Position numbers and translations under genes: made by a program
Source of the DNA: Utricularia gibba
Lineage: Eukaryota; Plantae; Magnoliophyta
Assembly (NCBI GenBank): GCA_002189035.1
Contig: NEEC01000002.1
Span: forward strand, 2,108,001-2,172,000
Length of the DNA stretch: 64,000 nucleotides
Direction of reading: 5' to 3'
The notes under the pieces: model-generated
What the model was told of the DNA's origin: nothing
Database searches by the model: none
What the model saw: only the letters and a program-made list of their open reading frames with translations
Shown here: in pieces, positions 38,408 through 52,770 of the stretch
How the letters are laid out: every line of letters begins with the position of its first letter
Position numbering within the stretch: position 1 is the stretch's first letter

Positions 38408-38832
38408 GAAAAAAGAAAAATAGTATATTTGATAGGTAGGATAAAATATAATTAAGATAATTTATATCATGAATATGAGATAAAATAATAAAAGATAAGT
38501 GATTGGTATAAAATTATAATATCATATATACTTTTTATATATATATATCCAATTTTATTCATGATACAATTTATCAATGTACCAAACACATTCTAAACCT
38601 AAAATATCGAGAATCATATAGAAAAATAATCATTGTCATATTCTATATAACTAAAAAAAAAAACATGTAGGGTGACTATTTTTTTCGCACAATATATGCT
38701 ACATGATCAAAATTCTATTTCGTCTGAAACAATGAGGAAATTCGAGGGTAAAAATTAAGACATCTGCAGTAAGAAAGAATTGGGAAGAGTTAACTAGGAG
38801 GAAGGGCCAATGCCCCATTCTGGTCCTCCGGT

Positions 38833-38856
38833 GCCACGTGCCCCCCCCCCCCCCCC
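38833..38856 (+). promoter_or_regulatory. G-box (GCCACGTG) directly followed by a C16 tract, upstream of the CYP40 pseudogene
   Basis: Direct reading; ~130 bp upstream of the exon-1 remnant. Confidence 0.45.
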
Positions 38857-38984
38857 AAACCCTCCAATTAATATGGCGATCGGGCCCGCTACTATGCGTT
38901 TTTTGCATATCCGCCCCACCACATGGGTGAAAACACACAAAAATATTATTTATATGCACTGTCATTTCATATTGCTTTTCATAT

Positions 38985-40730
38985 TAGGGATTGATTTGTG
39001 GGATGAGATACAAGTAAGGGAATTTGTGGATGGTAAGAATGTACAGTAATCTGAATTTAGAAACAAACTTTTTCATTTTTTGAAGTGATTCATGTTGTTG
39101 GAAAAAGTGATTGATTGCCTGAAAAAAAATGCAGCAGGTAAAAGAATGGAATTTATACGTTTATAAAAAAAGTGACAAGTGTGGTGCTGAATCTCAACCC
39201 GCTACTTGAAACAGCAGTCGTGCTTTCACCTTCAGCTGATAAAAAATGCAAAACAGGGGAATAAATTCGTGATCAAATTTCAGAAGACGTGTTGGAGACT
39301 GGAGACACATGGCTGGTTGTTATCTATTTTATTTTTTTTTTCCAAAAAATATTGGATATATACTAAAAAATGATGCTAATGGTTGGAATTGAAGATCCGG
39401 CTTGAAACCAGTAGTGGGAAGTTGGGAATACTCCATTTGTCCTTTTGCCTGACAAGAGTTACTGTACTGAATGCCGAGTAGTTTTATTCTGCAAAGGCCA
39501 ACTGGTGCTTGTGTCGGGTCATGTGCCTGGTGCGTTGAAACATGGAGCTGAAAAAAGTTGGTTTCTTTTCACCTTGTTGCTGACTAACGTTTCATGAATA
39601 GTGCTTGCCAGTTTGAGGTGTTTATTGCCTGAGGCATCCTGTTTTCATTGTGTGACCGAAGGCCCTACGGTACAAGTCGGTGATGGAACTGCTGGAGAAT
39701 CCATCTTCGGCATTAAATTTGAGGATGAAAACTTTAGTTGAAATGTGAATGGAAGGGCATGTTGTCCCCAATACCAATTGTTCCCAGAGGCCTTGCTTGG
39801 TGGATCGGAGCTGTGGAGTCGGAAAAAGGGAACTGGAAAGGATTACTTCCGTGCTGAAAATAAACTGGATGATCAGATCACATGCCCTTTCTTTTCTTCA
39901 TTAAGTTACTGTCTCGAGTTACCATGCCCTGTCTGCAGAAAGGAAGGGAGTGATGAGGGTAGTCATGATTTTATCTCTGAAGACTTATAGCTGCTCGCAG
40001 AGAAGAGTGCATATGGGAAATTGTCTTTTCTTCCGTGTAATGTGATCCTGCAACGGTATCTCTGCCAAGTTCCTTCTTCAGGCCTGCAAGTTAAAAATTG
40101 GGAGGCATGATAAGGTGGCTATGCTGTTTGAGATGGTGAAAACAATGCTCTGAGGGGTTATATCGACAGGGCCAGGTTGGTATTACTTTGTCCCTACTTT
40201 TCTCGAGTTTTGACATGAAAAGAGCCTCTAGAGTATAGACTGTGCCTATTTGTCATCTCTCTCCCTACTTCAGACCCTGCGTTTTCCATGGTTTGTATGT
40301 AATCAGGCATACATGGAGAGTTCAAGAAGGCATTGGTGTTTCGAGCATAAGAAGCCACTTTATGTTGCAGCGACAATGCACCTTTTTACCTAGAAGCAGT
40401 CTTGTGTTTACCAGATGAAGTAAGGATGTCCATGAAAAAAAGACTACTGTAAGCTACACGCAGAACAAACTGGAATAAGGGAAGCAAATCTCCGAGGCCG
40501 TCCTCTGCATCCTGTCTTAAACAGGCCCTTCAAATTAGTGAAAAGTAACCGACCCTTCTGACTTTAACCTGATCCTTTGCTTCCCTGTTTCTGCAGGCAC
40601 TACTAGGAAGAAGGATCTGGCTGCTGCAAAGAAAATGGTCACTCCTTCAAATATGACTCCTATATTCTGTTCTGATTGCTCTCCTCATCAGATTGCGGAT
40701 CAACATGACCACATTCTCCAAGATGGAACT
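38985..40730 (+). pseudogene. CYP40: Decayed, intron-retaining cyclophilin-40 (SQUINT) pseudogene
   Basis: Collinear remnants of both the PPIase and TPR parts: FH.V.EG..VQ/GDGTAGESIFGIKFEDENF/LK.E.KGMLS/PNTN.SQ (39634-39787), LAWWIGAVES (39788-39820), VCRKEGSDE|gt (39931-39958), ACKLKIG..LYRQGQ|gt (40082-40175), AYM/FKKAL (40307-40340), KKDLAAAKKM|gt (40597-40637) and IADQHD (40692-). Stops, frameshifts and deletions throughout. Confidence 0.8.
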
Positions 40731-41617
40731 TCGAACCATAGCACTAAGAGTCGAGTGAGATCCTTCTCCTCGACATTTTGCATTCTTGTTCAGTTCCCCA
40801 ACCGTACTCATTTGCTCCCTGTGGTGATTCAGATCAAATGGTCGGTCCCCCTTTTCGCTATACCGCAACAGCGTTTCTTTTGATGCTGCTGGCATATGCA
40901 GCCGCTGTAGGTCCCCATAGCTTTGATTCCCATAGTTGGCATCTATCTAAATTTCCCTTTTTGCAGACACTGATCTTCATTAGTTGCATTCTTTCAAGAT
41001 TCTAGAGATGAAGCTGAGGCTTTTTGTATCAGCATGCCCAACATTCTGCAGCCAGTTTACTGAAACAAACACGTTCTTAATGTAGTTGACAATTGGGACA
41101 TGGTGTTTTCCAGTGGGATGCATAATTTTCTTACAATGATGGGGCCATCATGCCTTTCATAAAAGTTTGTGCACTAGAAAGGTGAGCTTCTCGATCAATC
41201 GATTTTTGCAATGTTTATGGCCCTAAAACGAGTTGCAAATCATCGACAGAGGAGGTAATGATTCGTCACTGTTTCAGCTGGAAAGAACCAGTAGCCATGA
41301 AGATTGAAAAATACATACTGAAACGAAACCATCACTGGGATGGAAGTAGACTTCAAGTTACACCAAGGAGATAGATTCTGAACATTTGATCAGTGGAAGA
41401 ATCCTTACAACCCAAACTAAGCTGAGACTGGATCACAGGATGAACGGATTTCGATGACAACCGATCATCTTTCGGTTACCAAAGCCTAATGAAGATTGCA
41501 GCTAGAGGGCACCATCTAGAAACACAGAATCCAGGGTCAGCATGGGAACTCAGTTGATGAAGGTAACCAGAGCACAGAATTCAGACTCAGTGGTTGTTGG
41601 AACGATCTTCTGAGGAG

Positions 41618-42904
41618 TTATTTTTTTAATCTTTTCTTGTAGGACTTAGTGTTTGAGTTCTTTCCATTCACTTCATCCACGAAATTCTGCCCTGACCCCT
41701 CTGCAGAATTTTGCAAATAAGAAAAAAAACAAAGATGCATCTTTTAGAACAGGGTATTCCAATATGGATCAATCAATAACAACAACAATAATACCTCCAT
41801 CTGCCTAGCACAGTTAGAGAGAGATTAGAATGTGAAAAGCGCCAGGGGATAATAAATGAATGATCAATGCACGAGCAAGAATAAGAATTTTAGTTGACAA
41901 TGGTGGAGGCACTTTCCCTACTTTTTGAATGGAATGAAAGCATATCTTCATAAAGAAAATGAAAACAATTGAACCATGAACTTATATCCTACACCACTAT
42001 TTGAGTATATAAAACACTTTCCTATTTTTTTATCTGAAAGGAAGCAATACCCGAAAAATACGAAAACAAGTATGTATCTTCCCTGCATTAGTTAGCCTCA
42101 ACCAATAAAATATGCCATAGGTACGCTTCTAATTGAACAAAGTACCGTTGCCAAGACCATTTGCGTAGTACCGATCTGAGCTTCCCACCAAGCCTTTACG
42201 CTGCTAAGACGCCAGTAAATTGTTAAAAAGAGAGGATCCAAAACGAAGCTGATAGATGTTCAAAGGAAGAAAAGACAGGCTGAAAAGAGCAATCCACAAC
42301 CTGTTCCATAGCATTGTGAAAATTACTCCTCTGCCCATAGGAGCCCATTGACTTGTGCAGCTGTTTAACAAATGAAACCTCCAAGCTTTCTAGATACATG
42401 CTATGCTTCTCATCTGTCCAAGCTGGGCCGTCATCCTAGAAATATAAGAAAGCTTTAAACTTACACTGAATAAAAAGCTATCATTTGAAAGGCCGTACTC
42501 TGGTTCAACAGACATAAGCTCCCCACCTTATCCACTCACTAAAGTCACATACAAAACTAGATCTATGCAAAAACACTGAGCAATCACGATTACTACTTCT
42601 CAGAAGTTCGAGGAAATCACAAACTGGGAACCAAAAACATGAAAACAACCTCCCAGGATACAAGATCTCTTCCACCAGAAAAAATTACAGTTAGGATCAC
42701 AAACAGCACATAGCAACAGAATTCACGAGATCCGCTTAGGAAATCCGCAGCATAAAAGAGACGTACATTCGCAGAACGGTGATAAAAATCTTCCCAGTTC
42801 TGAACAGTTAAACTCGACGCCTCCGAGCTCGACCTATCCCACCTGCCGCCGCAATCAACCTCCTTCGAAAGCGGCAGCTTCCCCTTCCTGAAATCACGTT
42901 CCAT
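41618..42904 (-). CDS. COR27/COR28-like cold/clock-regulated protein, ~136 aa; exons 42904-42767, 42435-42301, 42200-42146, 41700-41618
   Basis: Family motifs WTDEKHSMYLESLEVSFVKQLH and EGSGQNFVDE joined in frame by GT-AG introns. The ORF track shows only exon 1. Confidence 0.75.
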
Positions 42905-43045
42905 GAATCGAAAGCGCTGGTTCGTGAATCGGAACCTTTGAGCTCCCAGAAAAAGGTCGTACAGAAAAGCGCAAGAAAAGTGTTGTGGTGGTGAGAAAAA
43001 GGCGAAAGTGCAGGTGAAGGCTCCATCCACAAGGCGACGCTTTTA

Positions 43046-43077
43046 CACGTGTCGCTGGTATTGCGTAGGTACCACGT
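43046..43077. promoter_or_regulatory. G-box CACGTG (43046-43051) and a second ACGT core (CCACGTCA) upstream of the COR27/28-like gene
   Basis: Direct reading, ~140-170 bp upstream of the ATG. Confidence 0.4.
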
Positions 43078-43460
43078 CAGATTGGGCTTTCGATCCTTGG
43101 GCTCTCCTTAGCCAGACGTCTAGATGAGCGAGTGGCATTCACTCTCTGTGCTCCGCGAGTGGGGCGAAACGACAGCTGGAATATTAAATTAATGAAATGC
43201 AAGGCCCATTGTTTCTGACCCAAAAGCTCCGCCGGAGATCACTGTAGCTTCGCCGGGGCTCATGCCGCCGGTGAAAGTTCCTGACTGCCCATCGGTGGTG
43301 TTCAAATAGAGCAAGTCTTAAAAGAGAGAGTCGATACAAGAGCCACAAGAACAGAGTGGAAACAGGTTTCGAGAGTCTAATGAATGCACGATACATGCGT
43401 CGGAAACAGAAATACTTTAGGACAGGATACCATTGGAGCTGAGGGAGGTACTGGGGGGGT

Positions 43461-46570
<3,110 letters not shown>

Positions 46571-46931
46571 GAGAGGAGAGGGAAGGCTTCATAGGTCGGA
46601 TATCCGACGCCGGGGGTGGTCAAACCACCGCCAGTAGGCGGCGACGGCGACAAGTGGCGGAGAAAGGGAGGAGGATAAAGGATTGCAGGTAAACTGCGCA
46701 CCGTAGAAAACTATCTTGCCGCTCCTTGATTTATGTAGACTTTTCATTACCGAAATGACATTTATATCCCTGCTACGCCTTGAATCCCAGCGAACTACAA
46801 TGACCTTTATAGTAATTAACAATTCTGTATATTAATAAACAAACGTAACTATTATCTAGGAACTTGGAAGTTAGAAACTTTCAAGCCTGAAATTTCAGCA
46901 GTTTTTATTAAATAATCGGCAGAAAATTGAA

Positions 46932-48093
46932 ATGCAATCTTTGATTTCTCCGGTTGCCCGCACCACTGCCGCATTATCGTGTCCGCCCTGCGTGGCGGCT
47001 GCGGTGTCCCAATCTTCTCCGCCTAGCCTTCAAGCCTGTCCGTTTCTCCGTTGGGAGATTACTCGAGACCCCCATTCCTCTCTATCTTCGTTTAAATTGC
47101 TCAAGAATTGCGTTATTCTCAGCAATCGCAGCAGAAAAGCCGTAGCGTCTGCTCCTGCAGCCTCTACTAAGATTCTGCCGGTGATGAATCTGAGAAGGAG
47201 AAATTCGCTCAGGTACGCCTTGAAGTCTGCACATTTCCTAATTTCGATCGTTTCTACATCTCGTGGAATTCTAGTGCGAATCCTAAATATGCCGCAATTT
47301 GTTGATTTTGTTGTTTCGGCATTCGTTCTTCGCCATCTGGAGATTTGTTTGTGAACTTCTCGCAGGTTTCCAAGAGATTGCAGACTCTATCAAGGCGTTT
47401 CAAGCGATTAGGAAGCTTTGGTTTCTGGGGGCAGTTAGTGTGCACGATTTCTGCTGCCATAATTCTTTCTTTTTCCACTCTCGTCGGTGGTCAGAGTACA
47501 GCAATAGCTACCTTCTACGCCACTGCTGCCGGCATTGCAGCCGCCTTCGTTTCAGTTTTCTGCTCATTCGGCTATGTTCGGCTATCTGATAAACTTGGGA
47601 AGGCGGCGAGTGACCCTTCCAAGGTAAAAACTGCACCCTTCTGCAACTCTCATTGGGTGGTCGGTTAAAAGTTTGCTCATGGATGCAGACACCTCTTCGT
47701 TCTGATGTCATAACAAGCATCAAGAACGGTATCATTGTCAATGTCTTGGGGCTGGGGGCTTCTGTGATTGGTATGCAGGCAACAGTGGGTGCGTTGGTGG
47801 GGAAAGCGCTCACAACTTCAACAAATCCCTTCCAGGGAGTTGCACCTGGGGCCAGCACTGTCCTCGCACTCGATGTCTTCCTGGTCCAGGTATTCACCAC
47901 TTTGGAAGCTTTTAGGATTTCAAGAAGCTACATAAGAATCAAATACCCAGCTTCCTCTCATGTGTTTTTTTTTGTGTTTCCTCAGGCATCTGCAAACGCA
48001 ATACTCTCTCATTTTCTGGGAATATCTTGCAACCTGGAACTGCTGCGCTCCGTTACAATGCCGGAGAGCATCCCTGCTCTGAAGATGGCCTGA
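46932..48093 (+). CDS. TIC21: TIC21/PIC1 chloroplast inner-envelope protein, 4 exons; apparent 1-bp frameshift near 47167-47172
   Basis: FKRLGSFGFWGQLV, TFYATAAGIAAAF, FGYVRLSDKL, GMQATVGALVGKALTTS and VLALDVFLVQASANAILSHFLG. Ser/Ala/Pro-rich transit-like N-terminus. Confidence 0.9.
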
Positions 48094-48536
48094 GCAACAT
48101 ACCGTAAACTTTGAGGCGGTTTGAGCATGAAATCGTAGGCAACATTCTTTTCTGAAATTTTGCATGGAACCTTTGTGAGATTCCGAACATATCCTGGCAT
48201 CAATTTCTCACAATGGAACCAGCACAAAACTCAAATGCTGACAAGATTCAGAAGCTAACTGCAAGGAGATTAAAGTTGCAGCAAACGGTCTTCATACCAA
48301 AAACTAATATTCACTTTTACAATGAAATAAATCACCAACATTCCAAGTTCATATCGTTGAGGTAAGTACTGAAAATCCTCTTCCGGTCAAGGTTATGAGC
48401 TGAACCAAGTGCCTGCATGCAGTTGAGGTGTAATAAACACAAACTCTTTGGTAAGATGCAGCAAGGGATACTCTGCTGAACTTACCAGGAGCCATATGGA
48501 TTGTGGGCACACGTGTAGGTGGTGGTTAGAGCAAAT

Positions 48537-49646
48537 CTAATTGATCTTTTTCTCCTTGTTTAAAGGCAGGGGAAGCTTCCGGGCCATGCGATATGCTGCC
48601 ATTAGCTTGCCATCGATTGGATTTTGGTACTTCTCATACAGCACTGGCAGTGAAAAACTTAGCAAAACACCTGCCACAAGAATAAGGTAATCACAACATT
48701 TTTCAGAACAAGAGATGTGAACATAATGTTTAAGAGAATTCAGACTTACAAATGTAGGAAAGTGAAAGAAAGCTGAAGAAACTTCCCAAGTAGGAGATAA
48801 GCCACAAGCAGATAGCAACCTAACAAGGGGAAAAAATTCGTGAGAAATTGCAAGCATCTACCCTAAATCAGAAATCTGCATGCAACACTGCAGATGTCAA
48901 TGGCTCCATGCTACCTCAAGAATCAGTCAAAACGACCAAGGTTCAAATTAAAAGGTATCAAAACCCGGAGAAGAGAATGTACCTGGCCAAAAAGCTTCAA
49001 GTTTCCACAAATAGCAATGTCATGAGCAACTGATAGTGTCATGTTTATCCATACGCGCACTTCATCAGCAGCCCTCATAACAGTTTCTTCTGGGATTTCG
49101 AGACTTGGGATAGGCGGCTGAGGCCTGAGCGTCAAGGAAAGAATCCAATCAATACAACTTCAAGATACACGTTTTAAAATTACAGAAATGATACTCCAAC
49201 TTTAACGCCACTGCAAACGATGACCACCAAGACATTGACAGATAGAGTACGGAACAAAAGCAAATGATCCTACGCAATATGCGAGCGTCTAAGAAGGTAC
49301 CTATTTAGAAGTGCCGCAGATTTGGCCCAGAAAAACAGGATTATCACCAGCAGCAACAGCACGTTGGACACGAATGACAGCCAACTGTATCCAGCAAATT
49401 CGAATAGGAACCAAAATCCCGTGGAACACACCAGAAACGGAACACTACGCCTCCAGTTTTTCCACAGCAGCAAATCTGCAACTGCAGCAGAAACAGGAAA
49501 ATTTAAAACTATCGCACAACATTTCAAGCATTTAAAACACGCATTTGTTTGCATGTGCAATCGAGATCTGTATCCTAAACGGAAACACGGTCACCTGCAC
49601 CGCCGCCGAGAGCCTTACGTACAGAGAAGCGCCTAGAATCATCCAT
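48537..49646 (-). CDS. RTNLB11: Reticulon-like protein (RTNLB11-like), 5 exons, intact
   Basis: [64 protein letters not shown], and C-terminal LNKEKKIN. Confidence 0.88.
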
Positions 49647-49976
49647 GGCGATTAGGTTCTTCAGGAATCGAAATCAAGCTCGGTGAAAGCGCCGGACAAC
49701 TGAAACGATGGGGTTTGTGAGAATTTAAGAGGACTCTCAACAAATTCAAATCACTGAATAATAACGAGGACGTTTTTCCTTCTTCCTTCTCGTTGTACGT
49801 TTCAATCGAACACTTTATTAGGGTTGGCGGTTCCCCGGTTGGTCCACGTGTCATGTTTCAAAGGAAAAAATTGCTTGTTTTTTTTTTTTGGGTTGCGAAA
49901 TTCAAGATAAACTTTCTTTTCAATTTCAATCCAATCTGTGATTCATCTCGTAGGGCACGAGGAATCTCTCCGGGCG

Positions 49977-51759
49977 ATGGAGTCCAAAGCCCAACCCCCA
50001 GGTATGTTCGTCTTTGTTGTTGAATTACAGTTGGTTCAAATAGTATTATTCTGTCAGAATTTCGTAAAGATTGTGTGTAGTTCGAAATTGTCCATATTCG
50101 GATGTGTTTGATGCAATTCTGGATTCTGAAGTCTGGTCTCTGTTGCTATTTGTAGTGTATTCACTCCGATATTCATGATTTTTGGATTCGGAAGCAGCTT
50201 TTGATTGAGAAGGGTGCTGGTTTTTCCAATTTTGAGTCTTCATTGTTTTCAGGTGGTAGTAGTCCACCTAAACCTTGGGAAGTGGCTGGGACTTCTTCAT
50301 CAGGACCAGCACCATTTAGACCGCCTTCTGCTGGAAATACCAGCGACGTGGTTGAAGCCTCGGGTACAGCTCAACCAGGAGAGATTGTTTCAACTGCTGA
50401 TCGGAGCGTAGCCCCTAATAGGAATTCACTTGGGAGGCCTGTTCCAACTCGACCATGGGAACAACAGACGTATGGCAACACCTATGGAGGTATCAGAACT
50501 TCATTTTATGTTAGATCGTTGAGGCTCTGGCGCCTCTTGGTTTCAGAGAATGTTGAACGTCTCAAAGTAAACGAAATAAAGTAGTTCGTGCATGTAACTT
50601 GGCTACATGAAAAATCGGATTTCTTTAGGCTGGTATAAGTTCAGTGGCATATGGAGGTGAATTGGGTTGCGTTGGTATTGAAAAATCGTGACATCTTCTT
50701 ATTTTTCAGACATGATGATATGTTTTTTTTTTCATACTCAGGTTATGGATCCGGTTTGAATTATAATTCTGGTTATGGAGGTGGGATGTACGGTTCTTAT
50801 GGTGGGTATGGTGGGAGTTACGGTAGCGGGCTCTATGGAAACTCCATGTACAGAGGAGGTTATGGTGGCATGTATGGTGGGGGGACGTATAATAGTGGTT
50901 TTGGAGGTCCGATGGGAAGCTATGGAATGGGCGGTCCTGCTCCATATGGTGAGCAGGACCCAAATAATCCGTTTGGACCTGCTTCACCACCAGGATTTTG
51001 GGTATCCCTTATGAGAGTGGTAAGTTGCAATTTCCTCTTTTTAGTATTCCCTTACTTAGTTTTTTAGGTTACAAACGAGTTCATATCAATGGGATAGAGA
51101 GTGTAAAGTATGTGGCTGGCCATCTCATCCTCTTTACTGAATTCTAAAACCTTGAACATAAAGTCCAGCTTTGCCCACACCCCAGTCCATTAAAGCATGT
51201 GGTTTAGTGTTCAACAGTATACGTTAGTCCTATGCGAGTGACTTCAAGGCATGCTACCTACGTTTCATCAACTCATTCTCGGTGTTCCTTTTTTCAATAT
51301 AGATTAAAAAAGATTCAGATGTCATAAATGTCCTTGAGCATGTCCCTTTTCTCTCTTCTTACTAATCTTTCATGTAAAAATCCCAGATGCATGGTGTGGT
51401 AACTTTCTTTGGACGGGTAGCGTTCTTGATCGACCAGAACACTCAGGCATTTCATATGTTCATCACTGCTCTTCTTCAGGTACTCACTTGCCCCTTTGTG
51501 AACCATTATCGGCAGCACTTTGTCTATAGCTAGAAACTGCAAAAAACAGTCTAAAATTTGGATCCCCCCCCCCCCCCCCCCTCATATTCAGCTGTTTGAT
51601 AGATCCGGACTGTTGTACGGGGAACTTGCAAGGTTTGTTTTCCGATTGTTGGGCATCAAAACAAGGTCCAGGAAAATGAACCCTCCAGGCAGCACTCACA
51701 ATATAACAGATGGATCCAAGCCCTCCCCAGTATGGGACAACCTATGGAGTGAGGAGTGA
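49977..51759 (+). CDS. PEX13: Peroxin 13, 5 exons, intact
   Basis: PPKPWE, GRPVPTRPWE, Gly/Tyr-rich block, PPGFWVSL, and QNTQAFHMFITALLQLFDRSGLLYGELARFVFRLLG. Confidence 0.92.
51564..51581. repeat. C18 homopolymer in the last PEX13 intron, just before the acceptor
   Basis: Direct reading of the sequence. Confidence 0.9.
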
Positions 51760-52770
51760 TCCCAAGTAATCACTCCTGTAAAACAATCTTGCTGTTTCTC
51801 TGGTAATGTTTTTTTGTTGTTGTTGTTTTTTTTTTTTCCTTTTTGTATCTCTCTGTACCTCCTGAGTTCAATGCTTGTAAGGTGTAAAACAAATGAATTA
51901 TATGGCGTATGATCAAAATGATTGAATATTAAAGAAGCATTTAGATTGTTATTTATAATCTAAATAAATACACATTTATAATTATTAAAATAGATTCAAT
52001 ATTAAATAAATGAATTACGTTCATTTTTGGACTTAGTTATAAGTTTGGATCAAATCATATTTAACTCCTAATTAAATTTATGATTTTAAAACACGCATTC
52101 TAATTTGCATTTTTATCCCTTAAAAAATTCTCTTTCATTTGTCTTGGAATTAATTAAAATACACGTTTAGATTAATCAAAATTTGGATACAATAACTAAT
52201 TTATTATGAAAATTTACATGGCTATCGGCAACGACTAGTTTTGCCTTACTTTGGATAACATCGCTGATGGATGATTGAGTCCGGTTGACCGGCTGGCGGG
52301 CGGTCGCCGGCGGGCTCGCTGTAGGGCCGGAATTCCAAAATGATCACTCGTTGTCTCAACCACTGCCAAATGAGCTGATGCTAGTCGGTGAATTCAGAGT
52401 CTTCAAAAATGGGGCCGGCCCGGCGACCAGTTTCAGGCAAATAGTGATTAAGACAAGGTCTTCGTTTTCCTTGCAGCTTCCTCGTTTGGAGCGGGTTGCT
52501 TCTGGAACCGGTTTTATATGCGTAATAATCACGTGGGCAAGGAGAGATATCTAGATGTGGTTGCGGAATGGGTGAATTCTATTGTTTCTAGTTTCTTGGC
52601 AGTTGACGTTTGCTAATCCGCGTGAATGAAGACCCGTTAAAAGCAGATTAAGATTTCGGACACAGTCATGTCAAACATTTACTACTACCTGCGCGCATGA
52701 AAAGTATAAAACTTGAGCCTTTGGAGTCTCATGTCATTGCTTTAGAACTGTGAGAAGAAGAACAAAAGAA

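Noticed and set aside
38420-38595. Second Tourist-like MITE candidate (right end TACCAAACACATT)
   Set aside because: The left TIR is too degenerate and the TSD cannot be defined; a similar case occurs at ~37640-37745.
40345-40375. KPLYVA-coding match to the neighbouring PABP gene
   Set aside because: Only ~18 nt of similarity with no flanking extension; the region is better explained by the CYP40 remnant.
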